DNA from: Escherichia phage QL01
Reading direction: 5' to 3' (one strand)
Length of the DNA: 64,000 nt
Sequence record: NC_028847.1
Under the pieces are notes generated by a model, which did no database searches, was not told the DNA's origin, and saw only the letters and a list, made by a program, of their open reading frames with translations. Position 1 is the stretch's first letter. Each line of letters starts with the position of its first letter. The position numbers and the translations under genes are program-made. Of this stretch, positions 27,475-40,556 are shown in pieces.

Positions 27475-27774
27475 TTACAGGACAAGCAGAGTTTCAGTCT
27501 GAAGGCCGTTAATAGAAATCAGCTTATCGAAACGGAATGAGCGCCAATCATTAACCTTGGTATCAAATACTCTGATATAATTAACAGGTTCTTTATTGGC
27601 TTCTGGCCCAGGGGCCTGGACTTCTTTATACGGCAGCAGGTCTAAGTCGCGAGTACAAGTCATACGACGGGCACTACCATCAGCTTTTTCAAACAGGACT
27701 TCGTGAAAACCAACAGACAAAATAGTCTTGACTTTTTCACGGAGACGAATAGTTTCTTGTTCGGTTAAAATCAT
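27475..27774 (-). CDS. Hypothetical protein (31.1 position)
   Basis: 99-aa ORF. Confidence 0.55.
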   Translation of the reverse strand: MILTEQETIRLREKVKTILSVGFHEVLFEKADGSARRMTCTRDLDLLPYKEVQAPGPEANKEPVNYIRVFDTKVNDWRSFRFDKLISINGLQTETLLVL

Positions 27775-27776
27775 AA

Positions 27777-28010
27777 TTATTCCAGAATAGTTTTGATAGT
27801 GGTTGCATTACGCTCTTTTAGAGCTCTTAATAGGCTATGGCAATTATCAAGAATAGGCACCGTTTTATATTTCATTTCAGCGCGAACCCACTCGGATTTA
27901 TAGTACGATTTCCAACGAGAGAAAAAGTACTTTTTATATTCTACTGAATAGGCTATCAGGTTTTCACCTTTTGAGTTCAGACCTGAAAATTTAACTAGAC
28001 GAAATTTCAT
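27777..28010 (-). CDS. Hypothetical protein (31.2 position)
   Basis: 77-aa ORF; start overlaps cd stop. Confidence 0.5.
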   Translation of the reverse strand: MKFRLVKFSGLNSKGENLIAYSVEYKKYFFSRWKSYYKSEWVRAEMKYKTVPILDNCHSLLRALKERNATTIKTILE

Positions 28011-28555
28011 TATTCACCACAATAGTTTTGAATTGATTCCCAGTTCAAAGAACGGAGACCTGTACGATTATACTGGATAACTTCGATGCCTGATTCACGG
28101 AGGATATCGTCCCACCCTTCAGGATTTCGGTCATAGAGCTCAGCATAAACCAATGTTTTAATTCCAGACTGCGCAATAGACTTAGCACAATCGGCGCACG
28201 GAGATAATGTCACGTACATCGTAGCGCCATCAATAGAACTTCCGGTACGAGCTGCAAACAAAATAGCATTCAGTTCAGCATGGATTTCATTTTTAGATGA
28301 CCATGCAGCGTGAGCCATGCGGTGTTCTTTAAGAAGAACAGATTTATGCGACATCCGCGCTGGGTCATACACAACACGGGTCCAGTCTTGTTCCACAGCA
28401 TGGTCACAACAGTTAACACCGCCGGACGGTGAACCGTTATAGCCTGTAGAGATAATGCGACCATTCTTTTCGATAACCGCACCCACTTTCCATGAACAAC
28501 ATTTTGATTCTTGAGAAATCAGATATGCAATCTGAAGGTATGTGCTTGCTTTCAT
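28010..28555 (-). CDS. cd: dCMP deaminase
   Basis: 181 aa; zinc motifs H(A)E...PCxxC (HAELNAILFAAR...LSPCADCAK). Confidence 0.9.
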   Translation of the reverse strand: MKASTYLQIAYLISQESKCCSWKVGAVIEKNGRIISTGYNGSPSGGVNCCDHAVEQDWTRVVYDPARMSHKSVLLKEHRMAHAAWSSKNEIHAELNAILFAARTGSSIDGATMYVTLSPCADCAKSIAQSGIKTLVYAELYDRNPEGWDDILRESGIEVIQYNRTGLRSLNWESIQNYCGE

Positions 28556-28785
28556 TCTATGAACACTCGCTGCGCTTCGACCAGACCATCAGAACCAAGT
28601 TTCAACTGGGTAATCTGGCCGCCATTTTTAGGATTAACGATAACCAATACCGCACGTGGTGATTCCTGAATTACTCGCAGAGTTGCGTCAGGAAAACGTA
28701 CAGAAACCTTATTAATCAGGGCCTGGGCAAATTCTTTAACTTTAACTTGGAACTGCTCTACAGTAATAGGTTGTTCGCTCAGCAT
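28552..28785 (-). CDS. Hypothetical protein (cd.1 position)
   Basis: 77-aa ORF, ATGA-coupled. Confidence 0.5.
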   Translation of the reverse strand: MLSEQPITVEQFQVKVKEFAQALINKVSVRFPDATLRVIQESPRAVLVIVNPKNGGQITQLKLGSDGLVEAQRVFIE

Positions 28786-29339
28786 TAGATGGTCTCCAAC
28801 TTAAGTTGTTTGGTAGTGGTAGCTTGGGTAACGTCGCCTTTAACAATATAACACACTTGTTGGAACGACTTAGTCAAAAGCTCTTCAGCCTGACGATCGG
28901 CTTGTTCCTTTGTGTTATGGCGAGAATGAACTTCAATCTTACCATTTTTAACAATAAGCACTTTCCAATCGGCCGTAGCTTTTACTGGCTTAGGTTCTGG
29001 CTTTACAGCAATACTCGTAGTAGCCAGTGGACGTACTACTTCAATAAAGTATTCGAATTCATGGGCAAAGGCGCCTACTGAATTAAAAAGAACACTAGTT
29101 GCATCATCGGGATTACCTGTGATTTTGCTCAGGTCAACAAACATCAACTCATCGTATACACGAATTCGGCTTACACGTGGCTTCCCGTTATGGTAATCAA
29201 TTTCAACTTCAAACGGGTTCATACCTACATACTTGGCAAAAGCTGTATTGAGGCCGTAAGCGCCGTTATTAGTGAATTTGTTTTTAGTGTATTCACCAAC
29301 GAACTTATAAAACTTACGCTCTTCAAAGAACTGGCTCAT
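28785..29339 (-). CDS. Hypothetical protein
   Basis: Start at internal ATG with SD GAGGAAATCGAA directly downstream of a PeSL cassette; 184 aa. Confidence 0.55.
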   Translation of the reverse strand: MSQFFEERKFYKFVGEYTKNKFTNNGAYGLNTAFAKYVGMNPFEVEIDYHNGKPRVSRIRVYDELMFVDLSKITGNPDDATSVLFNSVGAFAHEFEYFIEVVRPLATTSIAVKPEPKPVKATADWKVLIVKNGKIEVHSRHNTKEQADRQAEELLTKSFQQVCYIVKGDVTQATTTKQLKLETI

Positions 29340-29360
29340 TTCGATTTCCTCATTTGTTTC

Positions 29361-29399
29361 GGTAGGACTACTATACCACAGTCCTACCATAGTGTAAAC
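29361..29399 (-). promoter_or_regulatory. PeSL-like cassette (GTTTAC, 18 nt, TATAGT; 9-bp inverted repeat)
   Basis: GGTAGGACT/AGTCCTACC stem; -10 in loop. Confidence 0.45.
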
Positions 29400-29401
29400 A
29401 C

Positions 29402-29680
29402 TTAAATTGCTTCGACAACTACCGTTTGTTTCTGGAAGTCCATTTTGCATGAAATAGTCAAAATGTGGTTATCAATTTTAAATGGAACGATTGCAAATGC
29501 TGCACCTGGCGTGAGTTGAACAGTGATTGCATCAACTGCATCCGGGAACATGATTTCCAGAATAGCAGACAAACGACCGTGCACTTTTAGTTCAGTCGAC
29601 GTGTCGACGGTTTCGTATAGATAATCAGATACAATCTGACTAAAAACTACTTTAACAATTTCAGAATAAGTAGGGAACAT
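29402..29680 (-). CDS. Hypothetical protein
   Basis: 92-aa ORF. Confidence 0.5.
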   Translation of the reverse strand: MFPTYSEIVKVVFSQIVSDYLYETVDTSTELKVHGRLSAILEIMFPDAVDAITVQLTPGAAFAIVPFKIDNHILTISCKMDFQKQTVVVEAI

Positions 29681-29687
29681 AATTACC

Positions 29688-29900
29688 TCAGTGTACTGTA
29701 TGGACCTTCACGTTAACAATAAACCGGTCAACGACTTCAGTCAGAGGAACAAACTCAACATAGTACTCGCCTTTGTAACGTTCATTGAGGTCATTACGAA
29801 GGGCCGCTAGTGAGTTAATGAGGGTAGGAGACATATTCTGACCTACCAGTTTCTGAAGCTCTTTATAAGCTTCTTCTTCAACTTCATGGTGTTTGTTATA
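29688..29900 (-). CDS. Hypothetical protein; start uncertain
   Basis: Chosen ATG overlaps upstream stop; longer track ORF would overlap neighbour by ~110 nt. Confidence 0.4.
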   Translation of the reverse strand, partial: YNKHHEVEEEAYKELQKLVGQNMSPTLINSLAALRNDLNERYKGEYYVEFVPLTEVVDRFIVNVKVHTVH

Positions 29901-30093
29901 CATAATGTTCTTCCAAGAAGGCAAGGAGTTCAGGAGCGGATTTAAAAATACCACCATCGACCTTGTCTTCATCTTTATAGTCCATAACATCCAGGCCAAT
30001 ACGTCCATCAGTTAAAGGCCATACGCCAAAGAAAAAGCATTTACGTTTTTCAATTTCTTCGATTGTACGAAAAATCTTTTCAATGTTATTCAT
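29896..30093 (-). CDS. Hypothetical protein
   Basis: 65-aa ORF. Confidence 0.4.
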   Translation of the reverse strand: MNNIEKIFRTIEEIEKRKCFFFGVWPLTDGRIGLDVMDYKDEDKVDGGIFKSAPELLAFLEEHYV

Positions 30094-30282
30094 AGGTTTT
30101 CCATGGTAATGGGATTTTAGTTTGCTTTACTGTTAATTCAATACCTGGGTTCTTGGCTTTTAATTTAAGGCATTCTTCCCAGGCTTTAGATTGACTAGTG
30201 AATACACAGAACTGCCCATTGTTAGTTCCGACTAAACCGCCGTCCACATGAACAACGGCCCAGGTTTCATGGTGCCAGGCCA

Positions 30283-30283
<1 letters not shown>
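30086..30283 (-). CDS. Hypothetical protein
   Basis: Track start is GTG; internal ATG overlaps pseT stop (TAATG). Confidence 0.45.
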
Positions 30284-31483
<1,200 letters not shown>

Positions 31484-31487
<4 letters not shown>

Positions 31488-31966
31488 ACACCAAGTTCCT
31501 TATAAAGTTCTTCACGGCAAGTTTTAAGGGTTTTACCTGATTCGTAAGCAACACTTTCAGGAACATCACCGAGGGTTACTGCGGATTGCATTTGTCCATG
31601 GCGTTTAGCCGCATATTCAAAACTTTTTACTAGCTCGCGAATACGTTCTTTTTCATTGTACTCTTCAATGAATTCAGGGTATTCCCAAACCGGGCGCATC
31701 ATACGATACCACTGTTGGATGGTGATATAATTACTTCCATTCAAATTAATAATCTGCGAAGGCTCAATAGACCCTGGAGCATAAAAAGTTACCTGTCTTA
31801 CTACATCAATACCGTCCACAATAGCCCAAGCAAAATTGAAAGTTGCCTTCTTTTCAAGCGGTGTACTTGCACAGGACCCTAATTTTAAGAGCTTTTGTAA
31901 TACAGGAGATTTAACGCCTGAAATGTATTCAGGCTTAGCCACAAAACTGTTATCACGTAAAGTCAT
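31484..31966 (-). CDS. Hypothetical protein
   Basis: Start at internal ATG with SD GAGGAAATTATT; 160 aa. Confidence 0.5.
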
Positions 31967-32133
31967 AATAATTTCCTCAAATTTTATAATCCGTAGGAGC
32001 ATTATACTCTGCTCCCAAGAGTTTGTAAACTACTTTCCGAAAAGACCGCCAATACATATACTAATCAGAATTCCAAAACAAAAGCAGACAAAACCAAATC
32101 TAACAATATCCCATCCATCAGTACACGCTTCAA

Positions 32134-32424
32134 TCATTTGCACTTCTCCTCTTTTAGACCGGAACGATAATAACATAACATGGATTTCTGGTCTTGTACA
32201 TATCTTTTTACGTCATTCAACCAAATACGATGTTCTTGGGAATCTTCAAATGGCATTCCAACCCAAGCTTTACCATCGATTACCTTAACCTGCCATTTAA
32301 CATTATGTTTGGCAATAGGTTGTGGCCATGAAGGATGTAGTTGTTGCTTAGGCACTACAGGGATGTCCTGGGCACATCCAACTAACAAGCCAATAGATAA
32401 TACTACCACAGATAATTTAATCAT
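32134..32424 (-). CDS. o-spanin (outer-membrane lipoprotein)
   Basis: Signal peptide with lipobox LLVGC; adjacent to i-spanin, not embedded; corresponds to T4 pseT.2. Confidence 0.7.
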   Translation of the reverse strand: MIKLSVVVLSIGLLVGCAQDIPVVPKQQLHPSWPQPIAKHNVKWQVKVIDGKAWVGMPFEDSQEHRIWLNDVKRYVQDQKSMLCYYRSGLKEEKCK

Positions 32425-32774
32425 TCTGTAATGCTCCTGAAGTCTTCTGTAAAGGAATCGAAGGACTTGTTGATTTGTTTTTCGACCAATCCTGGCTTAC
32501 TTGCCACCACGTGCGCCTTCTTCGAATCTTTACGGAGCTTTTCATTTTCTACCTTAATTTTATCCATTCGGGCATTCATTTCAGTAGTACGGAATTCAAT
32601 ATCAGAGTATTGGCCACGTAGGTCATCTACGGCTTCGGCATTCTGTTTAGCCGTTTGCTGGGTTGTTTTCAGTTCTTCAGTAAGGGTATCAATACGACTT
32701 GATTGATACGAAATAAAACCATAAGCACCTACTGCAATGGCTCCAGCTAAAAGGTAAATACTTAATTTAGACAT
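32421..32774 (-). CDS. i-spanin (inner-membrane subunit)
   Basis: N-terminal TM helix followed by coiled coil; ATGA-coupled to o-spanin; corresponds to T4 pseT.3. Confidence 0.7.
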   Translation of the reverse strand: MSKLSIYLLAGAIAVGAYGFISYQSSRIDTLTEELKTTQQTAKQNAEAVDDLRGQYSDIEFRTTEMNARMDKIKVENEKLRKDSKKAHVVASKPGLVEKQINKSFDSFTEDFRSITE

Positions 32775-33262
32775 TTGGTAATAATCTCGATGATGTCATC
32801 ACGTGACAGGGAATTAATAAGAACCGTTTTAGGATTTTCACACTGAATTTTATACGTTTCAAACATAAAACATAATTCTTCAGCAGTATGGTAAGGACTT
32901 GAAATGCCAAGGCGATTAAACTTGTCGCTTAATGGGTCGCAAATCAAATAGAACGTGATGCCTGAGATTTTAACATTAGGTTGGCTAATATTAATAAACA
33001 CCTCGGCATCGTATTTGGAAAGGTTGTTTTGGAGAAACTCGACCATAGAGTTAACAGCTTGAGGCATTGCTTCACGCTTTTCTTCAGCATAACGGGTAGA
33101 GTATTCTTTTTGCTTGATTTTCTTTTTAGCATTTTTAGCTAAAGTAACACGAAGATCGGTCAGGTAACCTACTGCACGAGAACCTTTAAAAACTTGGATG
33201 CCGTCAGTAGAGTCACCAAAAGCCTTAACAACCATTTCGTTAGTAATCATTTGCATATTCAT
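32762..33262 (-). CDS. alc: Alc-like host transcription terminator
   Basis: 166 aa (T4 Alc is 167 aa); position between spanins and rnlA; sequence not independently recalled. Confidence 0.5.
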   Translation of the reverse strand: MNMQMITNEMVVKAFGDSTDGIQVFKGSRAVGYLTDLRVTLAKNAKKKIKQKEYSTRYAEEKREAMPQAVNSMVEFLQNNLSKYDAEVFINISQPNVKISGITFYLICDPLSDKFNRLGISSPYHTAEELCFMFETYKIQCENPKTVLINSLSRDDIIEIITKCLN

Positions 33263-33292
33263 TTTGTTTTCTCCTCATTAGTTGGTAAGTCT

Positions 33293-33321
33293 ATACTAAC
33301 ACGTCATGAGGAGATGTAAAC
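33293..33321 (-). promoter_or_regulatory. Early-type promoter (GTTTAC, 17 nt, TAGTAT) upstream of alc
   Basis: Canonical spacing. Confidence 0.45.
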
Positions 33322-34469
33322 TACTCTACCACAATTTCTTTCAAATATTTTTCAGGGATTTGGGCCTTATGATTTTTCAAGAACACAGAGTTAATCTGGT
33401 CCATGACCGTATCATAATTAATACCGCCTACGTACGCCTGCATAAGAATAGAGAACAACCCTGGGAAGTCCTTAAGGATTAGCTGTCCAGTAACGGCATA
33501 GTCTTTACGGTCGCGACCTTTGAGTTGAGAGTAAGCTGCTTCTAACAAGGCTAATGATTGTTCTAGGTAATCTAAATGGATGCGTTCAAAGGCATCGATT
33601 TTCTCGATAGCAAAGGAATCTGTACTGAACAGACCACGAAGGTCATCAGTTCCACCAGCCACTACAACTTCAAACAAACGTTCGTTGTTGTTAATGGAAT
33701 CTTTGGTATGATGCAGTGCACTGTACCAGGCGGTTTTGAGTTTAAAGAACGTACCATCTTTCAGTACAAAGATGAAACCTTCAATACCTTCTTGTTTACG
33801 GATGTTTTCTACGAAATCACCTTCAGCGAGGTCATAGCTTTCAACCAAATGCTTACGCAGGGCCCCATCTTTAAACAATTCAGCATACGGAATATATTCA
33901 CCTGTTTCATTATTACGAACGTTTAACAGGATGAGGTTTGTTTCTTGGTAAGCCAGCACGATACGGTTGGTAGGTGCTACATATTCAAGGTTGCAGGTAT
34001 ACCCAGCTTTGGTGATTTCTTCTAGACGTGCGGCAAAAGCCTCGTTCTCAGGGAGACGAAGGAACCGTAAAGAATCATGCACCATTGATGAATGGATAGA
34101 GCCTTTAGATTTAACAGAAAGATACTGTCGGTCCATGAATGTAGAAATCAGAGAACCATCTTCCTTAGCCATTACGAGGTCGATATTTTCTGGCGACAAA
34201 TCCAGACCGATAGTCATAGGGTTTTCGTCGAGGTTAAAGAACTTTTGCATAGGACGAGCGGCAATACGTACAGGACCTTTCTCGTCCATTTCAAACATAA
34301 TGCCTCGGCACTCTAGTGCGCCGTCTTCCAACCAATCACTGTATGATGCGTAGTTATAACTAAAGATGCGATAGTTGACTCCTAGAGCACTCTGAAAGTC
34401 TTTAAAGAAGAACTTAGATTTAGTCGAGTTTTTAACCAGGGCCATCAAGTTATCATATAATTCAATCAT
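33321..34469 (-). CDS. rnlA: RNA ligase 1
   Basis: 382 aa; RIFSYNYASYSDW..ALECRGIMFEMD matches recalled T4 Rnl1. Confidence 0.9.
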   Translation of the reverse strand: MIELYDNLMALVKNSTKSKFFFKDFQSALGVNYRIFSYNYASYSDWLEDGALECRGIMFEMDEKGPVRIAARPMQKFFNLDENPMTIGLDLSPENIDLVMAKEDGSLISTFMDRQYLSVKSKGSIHSSMVHDSLRFLRLPENEAFAARLEEITKAGYTCNLEYVAPTNRIVLAYQETNLILLNVRNNETGEYIPYAELFKDGALRKHLVESYDLAEGDFVENIRKQEGIEGFIFVLKDGTFFKLKTAWYSALHHTKDSINNNERLFEVVVAGGTDDLRGLFSTDSFAIEKIDAFERIHLDYLEQSLALLEAAYSQLKGRDRKDYAVTGQLILKDFPGLFSILMQAYVGGINYDTVMDQINSVFLKNHKAQIPEKYLKEIVVE

Positions 34470-34879
34470 TGCTTTATCCTATGTTGGGTATTCCAAGGTG
34501 GATTAAATTTCTTTATGAACATTGGCTCTTCAAGAGACATGGTCTCAACTGACATAGTTCCAAGTTCGTTAGTCATCGACAGATTAAAGCACTGCCGTGC
34601 ATAGAACTCCACCTTTTTACCTGCCATTAATGCTTCATGAATCAGAATGGACTTAGTCGAATCCGACGTTTGGTCCTTACGATTAATAGCGGTTCGGTAG
34701 TAGTTGATGCGCTTACGAAGATTTTTAGTCTTCCCGACGTAGACTAGTATATCATCAACCGCTATAGCATATATGACATTTTGTTTATTTGGTACTGTGA
34801 GTGGAGCTATGGTGGCGTCATCTTGGAGTTCTAGGGTGACGTACTTGATAAAGCTAAATTCGTCTGCGATTTCTTTCAT
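34466..34879 (-). CDS. denA: Endonuclease II (GIY-YIG)
   Basis: From internal ATG: MKEIADEFSFIKY...VIYAIA...YVGKTKNLRKRINYYR matches recalled T4 EndoII. Confidence 0.85.
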   Translation of the reverse strand: MKEIADEFSFIKYVTLELQDDATIAPLTVPNKQNVIYAIAVDDILVYVGKTKNLRKRINYYRTAINRKDQTSDSTKSILIHEALMAGKKVEFYARQCFNLSMTNELGTMSVETMSLEEPMFIKKFNPPWNTQHRIKQ

Positions 34880-34887
34880 AGCAATAA

Positions 34888-34901
34888 GGGGCCGAAGCCC
34901 C
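34888..34901 (-). other. CUUCGG-tetraloop hairpin between nrdB stop and denA start
   Basis: GGGGC-CGAA-GCCCC sits between an AAGGA Shine-Dalgarno-like element and the denA ATG. Confidence 0.5.
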
Positions 34902-34906
34902 ATTCC

Positions 34907-36085
34907 TTAAAAATATTTCTTGTACGATGCCATTACTTTTTCATCGACATCGTTATCAATTTGTGCTACAAGGTAAGAACTGATTTCCACTTCCTGAGGA
35001 GCAGCCTGTACAGCATCAGAGTTCAGGTATTCGCGAATCCAAGGATAAGGATGGCGGGCAGGAGCATCAGTAATAGGACACGGTAAGCCACATTGCTTCA
35101 TACGAGAAACTGTCAGGTAATCGACAAAAGCACCCATGTTCTGAGTATTTAATCCAGGGCAAGTACCATCTTTGAACAGGTGAGCAGCCCATTCTTTTTC
35201 TTGACGGTTAACTTCCATGAAAATATCAACTGCTTCTTGTTCACACTCTTGAGCAATTTTAACCCATTCGTCACCGTCAGTACCAAGTTGGAGTTGACGA
35301 ATAATGTACTGAGTACCTTTAAGGTGAAGCTGTTCATCACGTGCAATGAACTTCATAATCTTAGCATTACCTTCCATGATTTCCATGTTTTTATGGAAGT
35401 TAAAGGTGCATGCGAAAGATACATAAAAACGAATAGCTTCCAATGCGTTGATTACATGAAGGCAAAGGTAAAGGGATTTCATTAGCTCACGCTTCCAATA
35501 CATCTCATGCTCAATAGCATCTTCAATATCGTCTTCGTCTGCATTAATTTCTTTTTGGTATTCGATATCAGCTTTAGCATTCTGCCAATAGCGAGTTTTC
35601 TCAATAACGTCGTCGTAATAACGACCAATAGATTCAGCACGTTTCATAATAGCGTCATCTAACAGAATTTCATCAAATACCTTTGACGGGTCTGTATAGA
35701 GGTTACGCATGATATGGGTATATGAACGAGAGTGAATAGTCTCACTAAAGGTCCATGTAGCCACCCATGTATCAAGGCTAGGGTCTGAAATCAAGGCTTG
35801 AAGTGCAGCAGAAGGAGCACGTCCTTGGATACTATCCAGAAGTGATTGATACTTCAGGTTATTGGTAAAAATATTTTGTTGGAATTGTGGAAGCTTATTA
35901 AATTGAGCAGCATCCATCATCAAGTTGACTTCTTCTGGACGCCAGAAAAAACTCAACTGCTTTTCACAAAGCTCTTCGAATACTTTATGACGTTGGATAT
36001 CATAACGGGCAATACCCAATCCTGAACCAAAGAACATCGGCTCGACTAAAACATCAACTGGGGTGGTATTAAAAACTGTAGACAT
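34907..36085 (-). CDS. nrdB: Ribonucleotide reductase small subunit; alternative start at 36115
   Basis: MSTVFNTTPVDVL...FFWRPEEV... matches recalled T4 NrdB; one uninterrupted ORF. Confidence 0.9.
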   Translation of the reverse strand: MSTVFNTTPVDVLVEPMFFGSGLGIARYDIQRHKVFEELCEKQLSFFWRPEEVNLMMDAAQFNKLPQFQQNIFTNNLKYQSLLDSIQGRAPSAALQALISDPSLDTWVATWTFSETIHSRSYTHIMRNLYTDPSKVFDEILLDDAIMKRAESIGRYYDDVIEKTRYWQNAKADIEYQKEINADEDDIEDAIEHEMYWKRELMKSLYLCLHVINALEAIRFYVSFACTFNFHKNMEIMEGNAKIMKFIARDEQLHLKGTQYIIRQLQLGTDGDEWVKIAQECEQEAVDIFMEVNRQEKEWAAHLFKDGTCPGLNTQNMGAFVDYLTVSRMKQCGLPCPITDAPARHPYPWIREYLNSDAVQAAPQEVEISSYLVAQIDNDVDEKVMASYKKYF

Positions 36086-36138
36086 ATTATTCTCATTTGT
36101 TAGTGACTCATCCATGAGTCAATTATAATCAGATTTTA

Positions 36139-38394
36139 TTAAAGCTTACATGCTGCACAATCGTCGGCTTTAGGAGTTTCGATTTCGTAGTCATCAGTAC
36201 CAGAGCCATCACGGGTGTTATGATAGTAAAGGTTCTTACCGCCGTAGTACCAGAAATACAGCAGGTCATCAAGCATTACCGACATCGGAACTTTTCCTTT
36301 TGGAAAAATCTGTGGGTCATAATATGTATTAGCTGATGCCGATTGACACACCCATTTCAACGCTATTGCCACTTGGGTAAGATAAGGTTTATTACCTTTC
36401 TTAGCGAGGCTCCAAGCGTAATCGTAGAGTCCTTGGTTATGTTCTACATTAGGAACTACCTGACGGAAGTTACCTTCTTTAGATTCTTTAATACTTACCG
36501 GACCACGTGGAGGTTCGATACCGTTTGTAGAGTTGGAAACCTGGCTGCTTGATTCACACGGCATAAGTGCTGATAATGTGCTATTACGGATGCCATGTTT
36601 AGCCAAGTCTTCCCGCAACGACGTCCAGTCACAAACATAGTTAGGGGCTGCGATTTGGTCAATCTTTTTATTGTACCAGTCGATAGGTAATTCGCCTCGA
36701 GACCATTTAGTGTCTGAATAATACTCGCAATGTCCTTTTTCTTCGGCCAGCTTGATGGATGCTCGGATAAGTCCATATTGTAATCTCTCAAACAATTCAT
36801 GAGTTAAATCGTTAGCGTCTTCATAAGAAGCAAAGTTGCTTGCTAACCAAGCGGCGTAGTTCGTAACACCAACACCCAGGTTACGACGTTTCTTAGCCTT
36901 CAGAGCTTCAGGAACAGGATAATCTTGATAGTCCAACAGGTTATCAAGTGCACGTACTTGTACTTCAGCCAGCTCGTTGATTTTGTCTTGGTCCTGCCAA
37001 TCGAAGTTATCCAATACGAATGCAGACAACGTACACAAACCAATTTCAGCGTCAGGACTATTCACGTCAGTAGTCGGGATAGCAATTTCACAACACAAGT
37101 TGCTCTGACGAATAGGAGCTTTTTCACGAATAAATGGTGTGAAGTTGTTAGTGTTATCAACGAACTGAGGATAAATTCGTGCAGTGCCTGAACGTTCAGT
37201 CATGAACAATTCGAAAAGGTCGCGTGCCTTAATACGTTTCTTACGAATACTAGGGTCTTTTTCTGCGGCTTCATACAATTCACGGAAACGGTCTTGGTCT
37301 TCGAAATAAGAATAGTAAAGCTCACCACCCATTTCATGAGGACTAAACAACGTGATGTAATCATTTTTACCGAAACGTTCCATCATAAGGTCGTTCATCT
37401 GGATTCCGTAGTCCATATGGCGAATACGGTTCTCATCGACACCTTTGTTGTTTTTCAGAACGAGCAGATTTTCAACTTCCAAATGCCAAATAGGATAATA
37501 AGCAGTAGCAGCGCCGCCACGGATTCCACCTTGTGAACATGATTTAACAGCAGTCTGGAAATGTTTCCAGAATGGAATAACACCGGTATGCTTGACTTCG
37601 CCCATGCCAATACGAGAACCTTCAGCACGAATCATACCAACGTTGATACCAATACCGGCACGTTTAGAAATGTATTCAATTATTGAGTTAGCAGTTTTGT
37701 TAATAGATTTCAGTGAGTCGCCTGCTTCAATAACCACACAAGAACTAAATTGACGGGTTGGTGTACGTGCTCCAGCCATAATAGGAGTTGGTAATGAAAC
37801 CTGACGGGTACTTACAGCATCATAAAAACGAATAATATGTGCTAAACGATTACCTGGCTCGTCTTGGTGTAAGGCCATACCAATACACATGATAGCGAAC
37901 TGAGGGGTTTCGTAGATTTTACCGGTTGTTTTATCTTTAACCAGATATTTCTCTTTAAGCTGCATCGCACCAGCATAAGTCAATTCGAAATCGCGTTCAT
38001 GCTTTATATGAGATTCTAAGAAAGTAATTTCTTCTGCAGAATATCGAGACAACAATTCAGGGTCATATTTACCTTCGTTAACACAATAGGAAATATGGTC
38101 GATAAAGCTACGTGGTTCGAACTGCCCATAAACTTCTTTACGCAGTGCAAACATCAATTCTTTTGCAGCAACATATTGGTAATCAGGCTCTTCAACCGAG
38201 ATAAGGTTGGCTGCTACCTTAACAGTCAGATTTTGGATATCTTTGGTAGTCATACCGTCACGAAGATGGGATTTGATTTCTTCGTATAATTCATAGGGGT
38301 CGATTTGGGTTCCTTCACAGCCCCAAGTCAGAACTTTAATAATTTTTTGTGCGTCAAAATCTTGGGATACACCACTACTTTTTTGTACTTGCAT
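36139..38394 (-). CDS. nrdA: Ribonucleotide reductase large subunit
   Basis: 751 aa (T4 NrdA is 754 aa); only 23 nt from nrdB. Confidence 0.95.
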   Translation of the reverse strand: MQVQKSSGVSQDFDAQKIIKVLTWGCEGTQIDPYELYEEIKSHLRDGMTTKDIQNLTVKVAANLISVEEPDYQYVAAKELMFALRKEVYGQFEPRSFIDHISYCVNEGKYDPELLSRYSAEEITFLESHIKHERDFELTYAGAMQLKEKYLVKDKTTGKIYETPQFAIMCIGMALHQDEPGNRLAHIIRFYDAVSTRQVSLPTPIMAGARTPTRQFSSCVVIEAGDSLKSINKTANSIIEYISKRAGIGINVGMIRAEGSRIGMGEVKHTGVIPFWKHFQTAVKSCSQGGIRGGAATAYYPIWHLEVENLLVLKNNKGVDENRIRHMDYGIQMNDLMMERFGKNDYITLFSPHEMGGELYYSYFEDQDRFRELYEAAEKDPSIRKKRIKARDLFELFMTERSGTARIYPQFVDNTNNFTPFIREKAPIRQSNLCCEIAIPTTDVNSPDAEIGLCTLSAFVLDNFDWQDQDKINELAEVQVRALDNLLDYQDYPVPEALKAKKRRNLGVGVTNYAAWLASNFASYEDANDLTHELFERLQYGLIRASIKLAEEKGHCEYYSDTKWSRGELPIDWYNKKIDQIAAPNYVCDWTSLREDLAKHGIRNSTLSALMPCESSSQVSNSTNGIEPPRGPVSIKESKEGNFRQVVPNVEHNQGLYDYAWSLAKKGNKPYLTQVAIALKWVCQSASANTYYDPQIFPKGKVPMSVMLDDLLYFWYYGGKNLYYHNTRDGSGTDDYEIETPKADDCAACKL

Positions 38395-38412
38395 AATTTC
38401 CTCAATATGTTA

Positions 38413-38440
38413 GGTTCTATAATTATTCTATCATAGAACC
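38413..38440 (-). other. Stem-loop in nrdA upstream region
   Basis: GGTTCTAT-N12-ATAGAACC inverted repeat with TAGAAT in loop; TATAAATA-like element on minus strand at about 38458-38465. Confidence 0.35.
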
Positions 38441-38460
38441 TGTTAAGCATGGACTGATAT

Positions 38461-38754
38461 TTATAGGTCTTCTAATGAGAACGTGTCTTTGAAAAGTTTG
38501 TTAACAACCAGGGCTATCACATCCCCATGACAGTCCTTAGGTTTACAGGTACACGCTATACGCATACCTCTAAGGGTTTCAAGATGTTCTCTTTTAATTT
38601 CGCCCGATTTTATTTTAGCAATAAAGTATTCTTTAAAGTTCTTGATATTTTCCTCGCGGGTTCCATCTTTAAATGGATTACCCCACATAGTTCCACGTTG
38701 GATATTGACATCAAAGTCTTCTTTATACTTGTTAACAACTCTGCAAACTCTCAT
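38461..38754 (-). CDS. DUF4326-like protein; start uncertain (track ORF extends to 38880, overlapping td)
   Basis: VVNKYKEDFDVNIQRGTMWGNPF....RE..I..F.EY.......LRGMRIACTCKPKDCHGDV matches recalled DUF4326 pattern (WGNPF...C.C.P..CHGDV). Confidence 0.5.
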   Translation of the reverse strand: MRVCRVVNKYKEDFDVNIQRGTMWGNPFKDGTREENIKNFKEYFIAKIKSGEIKREHLETLRGMRIACTCKPKDCHGDVIALVVNKLFKDTFSLEDL

Positions 38755-38815
38755 TATAGCACCAAATTCAGCCCAACCATAATAACCAAAAACAGAGTAC
38801 AGATTATTTGAATTT

Positions 38816-40501
<1,686 letters not shown>

Positions 40502-40521
40502 TTTATTCTCCTTAGTTGATA

Positions 40522-40556
40522 AGGCTATAGTATCACTACCATAGCCTGGTGTAAAC
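40522..40556 (-). promoter_or_regulatory. PeSL-like cassette (GTTTAC, 18 nt, TACTAT; AGGCTAT/ATAGCCT stem)
   Basis: Early promoter hexamers with inverted repeat spanning the -10. Confidence 0.45.
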
